Shown here: positions 35,837 through 45,102 of the stretch, piece by piece | Layout of the letters: each line of letters opens with the position of its first letter | Numbering within the stretch: the stretch's first letter is position 1 | IMG/VR virus record: IMGVR_UViG_3300028800_000061 | Location: 32,001 to 96,000 of that record | Reading direction: 5' to 3' (one strand) | Length of the DNA stretch: 64,000 bases | Source of the DNA: a virus | Notes under the pieces: generated by a model | Seen by the model: only the letters and a program-made list of their open reading frames with translations | What the model was told of the DNA's origin: nothing | The model's database searches: none | Position numbers and translations under genes: made by a program

Positions 35837-36301
35837 TCAAGCAGCAAGATCCGTGCAGGTATGCCGCTTGCCATCAGGGACAAGGACGCTGCACTTGCGG
35901 CACTGGCGGAACACTTTCGCATCAGCCGGGAATCCTCGCTCGGTGCCATCCCAGTCCGATGGGGATCGGGTGCCGCAGTGGAGGTCGATGGCATGTCTCC
36001 ACGCTTCCTCGGCGCCGCCAGCGGCGGTGAGCGCGTGCCTCTCAGGCCGCACAATGCTGTAGGTGCATCCCCGGACTATCTCGTTCTCCTGCGCGGAGTC
36101 CGCAAAGATGATGTGGTCCACAGCGGCCCGCGTCTGGAACTTGCGCCATCCGCTCCGAGCGCCGAACACCTCCACAAGGAGCAGTACGTTTGGGTTCCCC
36201 TCGTGGAGGAACCTCAGCCCGTACTCTTTCCCGACTACGTGGTTTGGCACGGAAGGCTCATTGACGATCATTTTCCCGTCCGCACGCCATTGCTGCTTCA
36301 T
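35837..36301 (-). CDS. hypothetical protein
   Basis: AAGGAG RBS. Confidence 0.65.
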   Translation of the reverse strand: MKQQWRADGKMIVNEPSVPNHVVGKEYGLRFLHEGNPNVLLLVEVFGARSGWRKFQTRAAVDHIIFADSAQENEIVRGCTYSIVRPERHALTAAGGAEEAWRHAIDLHCGTRSPSDWDGTERGFPADAKVFRQCRKCSVLVPDGKRHTCTDLAA

Positions 36302-36305
36302 CCCG

Positions 36306-36662
36306 TCACTCCTTTCGCGATCGGCCCTTGGGGGTGATGTAGTAGATGGGCTCCCAGCTCCACCGCGGTAGCCGGCCGGGCCGCCTGATCTGCCGCTCCC
36401 ACGGTGTGAGTGTCACCGGGTAGCCGAGTTCGGCCGTGACCGCGGCTTCCAGGGTCGCTTGTTCGGTGTCGCGGGAGTCGGTGAACAGTTGTGGTGCCCA
36501 GTGGCCGCCGTGGCAGGCGTCGTAGTCCGGGCGCAGTAGCAGTTCCCAGCCGCCATCTTCCTCGGTGGCCGTGTCGCCGAGCATGAACGCGGGCCACCAG
36601 GCGAGCACGTGGGTGGCGGCCGCGGGCGCCACCGGGTCGGCTGCGGCTGTCTGGAGGCTCAT
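36306..36662 (-). CDS. hypothetical protein
   Basis: ATGA overlap. Confidence 0.6.
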   Translation of the reverse strand: MSLQTAAADPVAPAAATHVLAWWPAFMLGDTATEEDGGWELLLRPDYDACHGGHWAPQLFTDSRDTEQATLEAAVTAELGYPVTLTPWERQIRRPGRLPRWSWEPIYYITPKGRSRKE

Positions 36663-36871
36663 TGCTCGATCTCGATGGCCCGAATGGCGCCGGCGCGGAC
36701 GAGGCGCTCGCGATCCGGGCCGCCAAGCGTGAGCCGGCATGTGATCCGGGCCACGACTTCGGGCTTCCCTTCCATGAGCTTCCGGAATTCGTCCACGTGC
36801 AGTTCGTCTGCACCTGTTTTGATCAGGGTTTGCGGGCCGTTTCCAAAATCACAGATGATGAGCAAGTTCAC
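36659..36871 (-). CDS. small hypothetical protein, first of leftward operon
   Basis: GGAGG RBS before GTG. Confidence 0.6.
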   Translation of the reverse strand: MNLLIICDFGNGPQTLIKTGADELHVDEFRKLMEGKPEVVARITCRLTLGGPDRERLVRAGAIRAIEIEQ

Positions 36872-36889
36872 AAGGTTCCTCCGGGGATG

Positions 36890-36965
36890 TTTGTACGTAC
36901 CATCGCACCGTACGTCAATAATGCGTGATCTTGTACGTACAACACGCCCGGGTTTTGCGTACGTG
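36890..36965 (-). promoter_or_regulatory. leftward promoter with four GTACGT boxes
   Basis: TTGACG-17bp-TACAAA on minus strand; TTGTACGTACAA palindrome. Confidence 0.55.
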
Positions 36966-37172
36966 GCATGCTCCGGCCGGAACCGCCCGCGACTGCGATC
37001 GCGGACGGCACCAGGCCGGGGGCAGGATGGGTCCATGCGGTAACGCTGGGCCGCTTCTCGGGCTGTGAGCGCTCTCGGGGAACCAGAACGTCCTGCCCCC
37101 AATCGGCCCTATACGCCTACACCGGGCGCGTTCCCTCACCAGGGCTGACATGGTGGAAGTAAGTTCGCGCGC

Positions 37173-37409
37173 GTGACTCCACGCAAGCCACCCCGCCCTG
37201 GGGCTGTGCCCCGGCCAAGAACTGGCTCGCCCGCGTTCCTCACCAACGAGGACCTGGCCGCCCGGTACGGGGTGGCCGTGGACACCATACGCACCTGGCG
37301 GAAACAAGGCCAAGGTCCGGTGGCGACGAAACTGGTCAGCTTGGTGCGGTACGCGATCGCGGATGTCACATCCTGGGAGAACGCCGGCCGGGAAGACGGC
37401 CCGCGGTGA
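37173..37409 (+). CDS. excisionase/MerR-like HTH DNA-binding protein
   Basis: LTNEDLAARYGVAVDTIRTWR.QG.GP...VRY...DV..W. Confidence 0.85.
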   Translation: MTPRKPPRPGAVPRPRTGSPAFLTNEDLAARYGVAVDTIRTWRKQGQGPVATKLVSLVRYAIADVTSWENAGREDGPR

Positions 37410-37894
37410 GGGCCAGCGGGCTGGCCGGCGGTGCGTGTTTCGCAGCCGGGCTGGCAGTAGGCAGCTTCCTCAGCTGGGCCCGTTACCGGGCGCTGATCCG
37501 GCACCGGGACGCGGCCCGCCGCGACGACCTTTTCGCCGAGTTCGCGCAAGGGTGCGCTCACCTGTCGACAGCCGCGAGGATGTACCCGGGATCGCTGATC
37601 CCCGGCGCGCAGGAGCGGGCGTTGCGCCAGGGCCTGATGCCCGCGGTAGAGAAGGTCACCGCGGCCGCCACTTCACTGTCCATGCTGAGCGGTGCGTTCA
37701 GTGAGGCCGTCAGCGAGCTCCCCCGCGCCGTGGACGCCCTGATCAAGAGTGTCGGCCAGCCGGATGACATCCGCACCGCAGCCGATAGCGAACTGCAGGC
37801 GGTGCTCACCCTGGTCCGCCGGGCCCGCGACGAGTCCGCCCGCGGCGCCCTGCGGCGCAGGCTGAATCCGGCCGGTGTCGTGTGGAGAAACTGA
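37406..37894 (+). CDS. membrane-anchored hypothetical protein
   Basis: GTGA overlap; N-terminal TM. Confidence 0.6.
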   Translation: MRASGLAGGACFAAGLAVGSFLSWARYRALIRHRDAARRDDLFAEFAQGCAHLSTAARMYPGSLIPGAQERALRQGLMPAVEKVTAAATSLSMLSGAFSEAVSELPRAVDALIKSVGQPDDIRTAADSELQAVLTLVRRARDESARGALRRRLNPAGVVWRN

Positions 37895-38030
37895 TCCGCC
37901 GGTGGGTGCTCACGGCCGTGGCCGCGGCCCAGTCGGAGTGGGAGCGCCCATCCCGTATCACGGTGATCCTGATGGTCGCTTTCACGTGGGGCCTGGCCGT
38001 CGCCGCCTGCGTGTTCTCTGTGTGGCATCC

Positions 38031-38363
38031 GTGGAGCCGGTTACCGGTGAGCAGTGGTCGCGGCTGCCTGCGGCACTGCAAACTGTCACCCCGATCTTGT
38101 GCTGCCAGGGTTGCCGCCGCACCAAAAACCGCCTGACCGAAGATCCGACAGATCTTTTCCCCGCCGACAGGTGCGGCGAGTGCCAGCCGCGGGAGTGCAC
38201 CGTGTGCGGGCGCATGGACTCAGCGGATGATCATTGCCCGTGCTGGATCAGCCTCGATGGCATGCCACTAGCGGACATCAAAAGCTTGTTCGCAGCCGAC
38301 GGCACATTCCACGTCGGCGGGCTCGCCAGCGAGGGCGGGGAAGGGCATGAGGCCGGTGCTTAA
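38031..38363 (+). CDS. Cys-rich hypothetical protein
   Basis: CxxC pairs; start uncertain. Confidence 0.45.
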   Translation: MEPVTGEQWSRLPAALQTVTPILCCQGCRRTKNRLTEDPTDLFPADRCGECQPRECTVCGRMDSADDHCPCWISLDGMPLADIKSLFAADGTFHVGGLASEGGEGHEAGA

Positions 38364-38595
38364 ACTGCGTTGCCAATCCGCCGATGGGCACCCTGTGCTG
38401 CTGCTCGGGCTGACCCCAGCGAACATCGAGCGACTGACCGGCGGCTCCCCCATTGTCCTCGATCCGGCCGATCTGGGGGACCTGGCGCTGCCACCGATGA
38501 TGGTTATCGTCCACTACGGCCAGACGGATGCTGCCATTCTCGCCGAGGTGGACACGCGCGGTGTGGTCATCATCGCGGCGCCGCCACAGGATTGA
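38347..38595 (+). CDS. small hypothetical protein
   Basis: LLGLT..NIERL..G.PI. Confidence 0.65.
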   Translation: MRPVLKLRCQSADGHPVLLLGLTPANIERLTGGSPIVLDPADLGDLALPPMMVIVHYGQTDAAILAEVDTRGVVIIAAPPQD

Positions 38596-38620
38596 CAGAG
38601 CCGGATGTTACCGTTCCGGA

Positions 38621-39097
38621 ATGCTTGAGTTGCGTGCTGCCTGCGGCCTGCCTGGCTCGGGGAAGACAACCGAGGGCCGGCGTTGGGTGAGCGCCGATCC
38701 TGACCACCGGGCGTACGTCGACCGGGATAGCCTGCGGGCCATGCTGCATGACGGCAGGTTTGTCGCGGATATCACCGAGCCGGTCATTGTCGCCGCCGAG
38801 ACAGCGCTGATCCGGGCACTGCTCGCCCGCGGGATCTCCGTGTTCTGCGGTGACACGAACTTCCCTGAGCCGGTGATGGCCATGTGGGTGGAGCTGGCCG
38901 CCGAGGCGGGCGCGGTGTTCACAGTGGCCGATCTGCGGGATGTGCCCCTGCTGGTGTGCATCGGCCGGGACGCGAAGCGGCCGTGCCCGGGCGGCGGCCT
39001 GCGGTCGGCCGGTGAGGGATCGCAGGTCGGTGAAGCGGTTATCCGCCGGTACCACACGCAGTACATCGAGGGCAGGTCCCCGGTCATGGCGAGCTGA
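38621..39097 (+). CDS. polynucleotide-kinase-like P-loop protein
   Basis: GLPGSGKTT, DRDSLR, DTN, C..RD..R. Confidence 0.82.
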   Translation: MLELRAACGLPGSGKTTEGRRWVSADPDHRAYVDRDSLRAMLHDGRFVADITEPVIVAAETALIRALLARGISVFCGDTNFPEPVMAMWVELAAEAGAVFTVADLRDVPLLVCIGRDAKRPCPGGGLRSAGEGSQVGEAVIRRYHTQYIEGRSPVMAS

Positions 39098-39331
39098 GCG
39101 CCCGGTCCTCTCCCCCGCGCCCGGGTGCGTGCAAGCTGGGGCCCAGTTGGGGGTTGAGTAACCGGGGGTTCCCAGCCCGCACACACCCTGTGACGGGCAA
39201 GGGTGATTTTAACGCATTGTGACCGGGTCTGGACAGGTTTGCGGTTGTCCTGTTAGGTAGATCATTGGGGTGGCAACAGTAAACCAGCAGTAACCCGGGG
39301 GACGGGGCGGGCAATGGTAACTGCGTGTTGT

Positions 39332-39361
39332 TTGACAATACTAGGTTTAACTTGGTATTAT
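39332..39361 (+). promoter_or_regulatory. near-consensus sigma70-type promoter
   Basis: TTGACA-18bp-TATTAT with TG extension. Confidence 0.7.
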
Positions 39362-39408
39362 CCGGCTATGCAAAGTTACAGTGCGCGTGGGAGCGGGGGC
39401 TCAGCGTA

Positions 39409-39684
39409 ATGCGCAAACGATTCACCCCCGCCGAACGTAAGCAGTTCACCCCCGGAACATCCGTCGAGTGGCGGAACGGCGGCCACTGGCACCCCGGCAC
39501 GATCTCCGGCCCCATCGAAACCAACAATGGCTGGCACTCGATTCCCCTGACGAACCACGCCGACACGCGCACCGTCGTGTCCGGCCAGCGCATCAGCGGC
39601 AGCCCCGCTTTCATCCGGCTCCCCGCTCCCCCAGCCGCCGAAGCCGCCACAGTGACACAACCCGCCCCGGAGTCGCTGGTCTAA
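39409..39684 (+). CDS. small hypothetical protein
   Basis: first ORF after promoter. Confidence 0.6.
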   Translation: MRKRFTPAERKQFTPGTSVEWRNGGHWHPGTISGPIETNNGWHSIPLTNHADTRTVVSGQRISGSPAFIRLPAPPAAEAATVTQPAPESLV

Positions 39685-39728
39685 GAGCGCCCCCGGCCAA
39701 CACCCCCGCGCAGACGGAAGGAAACCAC

Positions 39729-40004
39729 ATGGCACGTATCCCACTCCCCCGCACGCTGATGCTGCGCCTCGCGCTACCCGCCGGCGTAGCCCGCCACTTC
39801 ACCGGCGATGAGATCGAAACCCTGGTACGCACCGCCGGCGAGGTCACCGGCGGCGGCTTGACCGAGGATGATCTCAGCACGCACCAATGCGACCTGGCCG
39901 TTCAGGTCTGGAATGCCCAGAACGACCTCGATGCGATGCTCCTGGAGCGCGCCCCTGGCGGCCGTGCGATCGCCCGCAATTCCCGCTCTCGCCCTCGCAG
40001 ATGA
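39729..40004 (+). CDS. hypothetical protein
   Basis: AAGGA RBS. Confidence 0.6.
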   Translation: MARIPLPRTLMLRLALPAGVARHFTGDEIETLVRTAGEVTGGGLTEDDLSTHQCDLAVQVWNAQNDLDAMLLERAPGGRAIARNSRSRPRR

Positions 40005-40711
40005 TGCCCGAACCCGACCCGGTCGCACACCGGGATCTAGCTGCCGTGATCGCCCAGCAAGCCACGGCGATCGCCGATGGCCGCGCGAGCAGTGCCTCGG
40101 CACAGGATCTGCTCAGCAAAGCGCCGATGCTGGCATCGTGGACAAGCCCGGGCCCGCTCACAGTCGCCGGGCTTGCTGACCTGATGGCAGGCGGCTACCA
40201 GCCACAGTTTCTCTACTTCTGGCAACCACCTGACTCCTCGTGCCTGGGCCTGGATGCGTCATGCCTATCCCAGTGGTACCGGGCATCGTTCACGGTCAAC
40301 AGCGAGTGGTATCCGACCGCTGAGCACTACATGATGACAATGAAAGCAGGGACCTTCGGCGATCTGGGCACTGCCCGGCGGATACGGAACGCACCTCATC
40401 CCCGCGATGCCCGCTCGCTCGGCCGCAAGATCACGCCGTTCGATGAGGCCATATGGGCGAGGAACCCGGTCCAGGTCGTCACCAGGGGAAACCTGGCAAA
40501 GTTCTCCCAGAATCTGTCGCTGCGAGAGTACCTGCTGTCCACAGGCGACAAAGTCCTCGTCGAGGCCAGCCCGCACGATCCGGTATGGGGCATTGGCCTG
40601 GCCGCCGGTCACCCGCAAGCCGCCGACCCGCGGCGCTGGCGCGGGCTCAACCTGCTCGGCTTCATCCTCATGGACGTCCGAACTCAACTGCAGACGTCCA
40701 GCCGGCTCTGA
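40001..40711 (+). CDS. NADAR (YbiA) family protein
   Basis: LSQWY, TAEHYMM, KFSQN, LVEASP.D.VWGIG, G.NLLG..LM.VR. Confidence 0.92.
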   Translation: MMPEPDPVAHRDLAAVIAQQATAIADGRASSASAQDLLSKAPMLASWTSPGPLTVAGLADLMAGGYQPQFLYFWQPPDSSCLGLDASCLSQWYRASFTVNSEWYPTAEHYMMTMKAGTFGDLGTARRIRNAPHPRDARSLGRKITPFDEAIWARNPVQVVTRGNLAKFSQNLSLREYLLSTGDKVLVEASPHDPVWGIGLAAGHPQAADPRRWRGLNLLGFILMDVRTQLQTSSRL

Positions 40712-40782
40712 GTTTCCCCCTGGGGATGCACCCCCAGATCTGGTGCCTCACTACTTCTCCCATCTGCCGGAGGCAAGGACCC

Positions 40783-41319
40783 ATGACGGTCATACCAGTC
40801 GATCATGCGATGTGCAGGGATGTCTTGCGTGCGCTAGCAGGCGCCGGCGGCGCCCAGCGGGTGATGCACAGCCTGGGGGCGATGTCCTGGCTGACCCGCG
40901 CCGGCACCCGGCATCCGGCCATGGCTGTGAGAGTCCCTCCCGGGCAGAAGGAGCGGCTGCAGGCACGCGCTGACGCGGCCGGGGTGACACTCAGCCAGCT
41001 CGCCCGGGCACGATTCGCCGAACCGGAGGACTGGATGCACGGGCACTGGGAGGCGATCTGCGAGTGGGCCGTGGTGCACCGGCTGCCCGTTCAGATGGTC
41101 CGGGACATCCTGGCGATCGGCGCGACCCACGAGTACGAGCCGGAGGACAACCGGCGCCCAGAGATGCGCGTATTCGATACGGCCATGCAGCTCGCTGCCC
41201 GGATGCCAGGCATGAGTCATGATGCTGCGTACCACGCGGCCCGTGCGTGGCTGCTGGCGATGGATTTCCCTCCTGAGAGTGTGTTAGCCGGTCGCACGAT
41301 CGCACTGTGTGACGCATAG
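40783..41319 (+). CDS. hypothetical protein, possible ribbon-helix-helix domain
   Basis: AVRVP...KERLQARA...GVTLSQLAR. Confidence 0.55.
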   Translation: MTVIPVDHAMCRDVLRALAGAGGAQRVMHSLGAMSWLTRAGTRHPAMAVRVPPGQKERLQARADAAGVTLSQLARARFAEPEDWMHGHWEAICEWAVVHRLPVQMVRDILAIGATHEYEPEDNRRPEMRVFDTAMQLAARMPGMSHDAAYHAARAWLLAMDFPPESVLAGRTIALCDA

Positions 41320-41516
41320 TCGCACTGTCGCATTGCCGGTGTCCCATGCGACAGATTCCTGTGTCCTGCCTGGTGGTTGCGGCCCTGGTCTTGCGCGCCC
41401 CAGCCGGTACTACCTGCTGAGACTCTGCTTTCTCGTTCGCGGTCGCCGTGATCCGGCCAGGTCAAAGGCGGGCGGCGCACTGTCTGTCGTACTGTCGCAC
41501 GCTCGCACTGTCGCAC
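41291..41516. repeat. parS/centromere-like 8-bp-period TCGCAC repeats
   Basis: clusters at 41292-41353 and 41475-41516 upstream of parA. Confidence 0.7.
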
Positions 41517-41818
41517 GCCGTGGCCCCTTGTCCGCCGCCATCCCGGCGTGGCCCCCGGCCGCACCACCTTTCCGTTCCCTCCCCATGCTGCGCGGCGCTC
41601 GCCCTGGGGTGCCGCCAGGCGTGCGCCCGTCGTTGCGCGTCCTGGCACGCGCCGCGCGTCCCGCGACTCCCATCGCCCTGTCCCGGCCTTGCAAGTGGCC
41701 GTGTGCTGTGCTAACCGCCACGGCATGCGCTATCCGTTACTGGCGTACCACGGGCCATCAGGGGAATGTGGCGGATGTACTTCACAACGCCCGCGCGAAC
41801 GGTCTACGATCCGTGCAC

Positions 41819-42580
41819 ATGACCTCCAGGACGGCTGCTGCTACCACCAGCAACACGCCCGCTGCGCATCCACTGTTCAATGTCACCTACGTGCCCGGCC
41901 GGCCGGTCACGGTCATCGCTGTCGCCTCCCAGAAGGGAGGGGTCGGTAAGACGACTGTTGCCATGACCTTCGCAGCGGCGTTCGCGCACATCGGCTATAA
42001 GGTCCTGCTTGTTGACATCGATCCGCAAGCGAGCGCGTACGACATGTCGCAGCTGATGGGGGACGCGTGCCCTTACCAGGTCGTGCACGAGGTCAACCCA
42101 GCCGAGCTCGCCACGTTGCGGGATATCGGCGGGGTAGAACTCATCTTCGTCGACTGCCCGGGGCATCTTGAGAACGCCCCCGTTCTCGGCACAGTCGTCA
42201 AGTCGGCAGACAGCGTGATCATCCCGTATCCGCATCAGATCGCGGCCATGCAGATGACGGTGAACACGGTCGATTTCGTCAACCGTGCCGCGGCTGAGGC
42301 TGGCCGGGAGGTCCCGTGCTGGGTCCTGCTGAACAACATCGACGCCCACTGGGGTTACGCCCGCATTGAGGACGCCTGGCGCACTCTCGACCAGGAAGGC
42401 ATCCGGTCTTTCCGGTCGTACCTCCGCGCATATCAGGCGTACCCGGACGCACAGGCCCTGGGCATACCACTGATCGAGATGCGCGGCGGATCTATGACCC
42501 GGGTCCGTGACAACCTGGCCCGGGTCATAGAAGACTTTGATGAGATTGTGCTCGGCAATCCGCGTTGGCGGCGCGGGTGA
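41819..42580 (+). CDS. parA: ParA partition ATPase
   Basis: QKGGVGKTT, VDIDPQAS, VDCPG. Confidence 0.92.
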   Translation: MTSRTAAATTSNTPAAHPLFNVTYVPGRPVTVIAVASQKGGVGKTTVAMTFAAAFAHIGYKVLLVDIDPQASAYDMSQLMGDACPYQVVHEVNPAELATLRDIGGVELIFVDCPGHLENAPVLGTVVKSADSVIIPYPHQIAAMQMTVNTVDFVNRAAAEAGREVPCWVLLNNIDAHWGYARIEDAWRTLDQEGIRSFRSYLRAYQAYPDAQALGIPLIEMRGGSMTRVRDNLARVIEDFDEIVLGNPRWRRG

Positions 42581-43260
42581 GTCCGCAGCCGCGCGTGTCG
42601 CTCGCCGCAGTGCGAGCCCAGCAGATAGCTGATGCGGCGGCCAGCGCGCCGCCTGGCGAAGACGACCAGGGGCCCGCGCTTGAGTCCGTGCCGCCCACCG
42701 CGGGCGCACCAGCCCAGGCGGCAGCGCCGGCCCTCAACCCGATGCCGGCCAGCGCGCAAATCGCTGTCATGCCCGCGGTGGCAACACCCGCCACGGAGGC
42801 AGTACCCGCATCCGGGCTGCTGCCACGGATCTCTTTCACCTCGATCCTGGCCGCGTGCGATGACGCCAAGATGTCCCGCAGGTGGGTGATGTACTCAGTC
42901 AAGATGCCCGATCCATTGCGGGCCCGGCTGACAGGGCTGATGCTCGAGCATCGTGAAGCAACCGGCGATTACAGGCTGGCCCTCAACCACTACCAGAATG
43001 TTGCGTTCGCTCAGATCCCCGCCGATGTGCGGGAGGCAGCCGCATGGGGTGTGATGTGGCGCGACCAGCAGGAACTCCGCCTGACCGATGCGCCGGGATC
43101 GGGAACGAAACTGCACGGCGATGTTGTCGAATCAATGCGGCAGCTCGGCGGCCGCTTGCGGACTTTGGAAAGCCGGGTGTGGCTGTGGGAGATTCAGGCC
43201 GCAGCTATCGAGCGGCTTCTCAGCCAGCTGGATCCTCCGGGCCGGCAGCCGGTTCAATAG
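42577..43260 (+). CDS. probable centromere-binding partner of ParA
   Basis: GTGA overlap with parA; disordered N-terminus; no ParB CTPase motif. Confidence 0.55.
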   Translation: MSPQPRVSLAAVRAQQIADAAASAPPGEDDQGPALESVPPTAGAPAQAAAPALNPMPASAQIAVMPAVATPATEAVPASGLLPRISFTSILAACDDAKMSRRWVMYSVKMPDPLRARLTGLMLEHREATGDYRLALNHYQNVAFAQIPADVREAAAWGVMWRDQQELRLTDAPGSGTKLHGDVVESMRQLGGRLRTLESRVWLWEIQAAAIERLLSQLDPPGRQPVQ

Positions 43261-43516
43261 GCTGGTATCCCAGTGGTTCCGCCGCCCACTCGTGCAGCTT
43301 CGCCGCCGCCAGGCGCAGCGCCGGGTCATGGTCGTAATCGTCGGGTGCAGCCAAGATGTAACTGATCGTGCCGCGCACTTTCGCCGCGCGCCTGCCCCAC
43401 GCCCTGATCCAGGCCTGGTCATCCCTCGAGTTCGCGGGAAGCGGTACATCGAGAGCTACGAAGATGGCGGATAGGAGATCACGCATCGGGCTCATGCCGT
43501 CTGGTTGCACGCTCAC
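43220..43516 (-). CDS. hypothetical protein
   Basis: GTGA overlap with rep. Confidence 0.55.
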   Translation of the reverse strand: MSVQPDGMSPMRDLLSAIFVALDVPLPANSRDDQAWIRAWGRRAAKVRGTISYILAAPDDYDHDPALRLAAAKLHEWAAEPLGYQPIEPAAGPEDPAG

Positions 43517-44541
43517 TGTTCACCTGGTCCTGATCTGCGTGGTTGTGCTGGTTTAGCGTACATCTGGGTGCGCTGGATGACCCGGGCGGCTTCTGGGCTT
43601 GCCGCGGCCAGCAAAGTGCGGGCGTGACGGGCGTGCCGGGCCCGGGCGACCTGGTCGAGGGGCACTCGGCTCGCCGCTTGCCGCCGGCCGGCGGCAAGCT
43701 CAGCGCGGTGCGCGGCCGCGCGGTCCCGCAGGACCTCGCTATGCGGACGGGCCGGAGTGCCGCGAGCATCCTGCCAGGCTGCGAGCCGGGCCCGCGCCCA
43801 CCCAAACGGATGCCTGACCTGATGATCGTGTGTGCGCACCAGGCCGTCAGGGGTGCAGGAGATCGCGTACACCAGATCGGCGGCGGTCCACCCGGCGGCG
43901 AGAAACGGGTACGCCAGGCGGCTCAGCGCCTGCGGGCGGATGTTCCGCAGGTCCCTGAATGTGATCTGCAGCGTTGTTACTACCGGGTCCGCCCCTGTCA
44001 GTGCTGCTTTTGGGCCCTTTTCGGGGCGGTCGCTCTCGCGCGCGGGAGGGGTTGTCGACAACGGTGGTGATGGGGTGACACAACTTCGCACAGGGACATT
44101 GACTGGGACCATCAAACGGAACTCCTTCGCCAGTGGGCCGTCCGGGTTGCGCGCAATGATCCCGGGCCGGTGACGGGGCAAAGTCCCTGGTTCGGTGACG
44201 GTAAGCAGCCGGCGGTCTTCGAGCCACTTCCACCACCGGGTGACTGTGCGCTCACTGCACCCGCACGCTGCGGCAACGCCGGCCCGGGTCGGTCTTGTGA
44301 GCTGTGTTCGCCAATCAGCGCGCCACGCGAGGACCCGGACCACGGAAAGCAACGTGTCGTAGCCGCGCGCATTCAGCATGATCACTTCGGGGCATGTTGT
44401 GGCTGCGCGCATCCACTCCCGGTAGGAGCGGGCTCGCCTGTATTTCACTGGGTGCACGACTGGCAGCTGCAGGCGCCCACGGATGGACACGCCCGGAAAA
44501 GGGAATAGCTGGCCAGCCGAGGTGGTAGCTGGTATTGTCAA
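43513..44541 (-). CDS. HTH replication initiator (plasmid Rep-like)
   Basis: ADW....TRPT..VA..CG.SERTV.RW..WL; AGWT..DL; adjacent to par locus. Confidence 0.7.
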   Translation of the reverse strand: MTIPATTSAGQLFPFPGVSIRGRLQLPVVHPVKYRRARSYREWMRAATTCPEVIMLNARGYDTLLSVVRVLAWRADWRTQLTRPTRAGVAAACGCSERTVTRWWKWLEDRRLLTVTEPGTLPRHRPGIIARNPDGPLAKEFRLMVPVNVPVRSCVTPSPPLSTTPPARESDRPEKGPKAALTGADPVVTTLQITFRDLRNIRPQALSRLAYPFLAAGWTAADLVYAISCTPDGLVRTHDHQVRHPFGWARARLAAWQDARGTPARPHSEVLRDRAAAHRAELAAGRRQAASRVPLDQVARARHARHARTLLAAASPEAARVIQRTQMYAKPAQPRRSGPGEQ

Positions 44542-44661
44542 CCTCGGTTGAGACGGGCGAAGCCCAGCCCTCCCGCTAAGGGGGCTTTGGTTCGCTCAGG
44601 TGGTTGGGTGCCGCGGGTTTGGTTGCGAGCCTGTGGCCGCGGGCCCAGATGAAGTTGTGAT

Positions 44662-44694
44662 GCGCTCCCCGCCTGGGGGGCGCTTTCGTCGTCT
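44662..44694 (+). terminator. intrinsic terminator antisense to the rep leader
   Basis: GCGCTCCCC-GCCT-GGGGGGCGC then TTTCGTCGTCT. Confidence 0.55.
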
Positions 44695-45102
44695 AACGGC
44701 GGCTCCTCGCGCATGCGGATCGAAGATCGGGTACAGGTGCATGATGGCCGGCCTGGTGGGCGCGTGTCTTTAGCGTCGCAAGTTTCGGCGTGTCGCAGTC
44801 AAAGTCTCCGCTTGTCACAGTCGGCGGTGGTCCCGGCGTGGGGTGTCGAACCGGGCGGGTATGCCCCAAAATGGCTACGTAGTGTTATACCGCCGGGCAA
44901 TTCCAACCGGACATCACGGGCGTTCTGCACCTCTAGAACCATTGCTAACAGTTAGATGATCGTTACTCACCTCTGTCAACCAAACGCCTACCTGCGGTTA
45001 TAACCCAAGGACTTGTCCACAATGTCTGTTGAGCCCCGCAACGATCTGTTATGGTCAGCCACGGTTACTGCAAGTGACTGGAACTAGGGGGGATACACCA
45101 TC

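Noticed and set aside
41291-41516. CRISPR array
   Set aside because: Repeats are 8-bp units without spacers; no cas genes.
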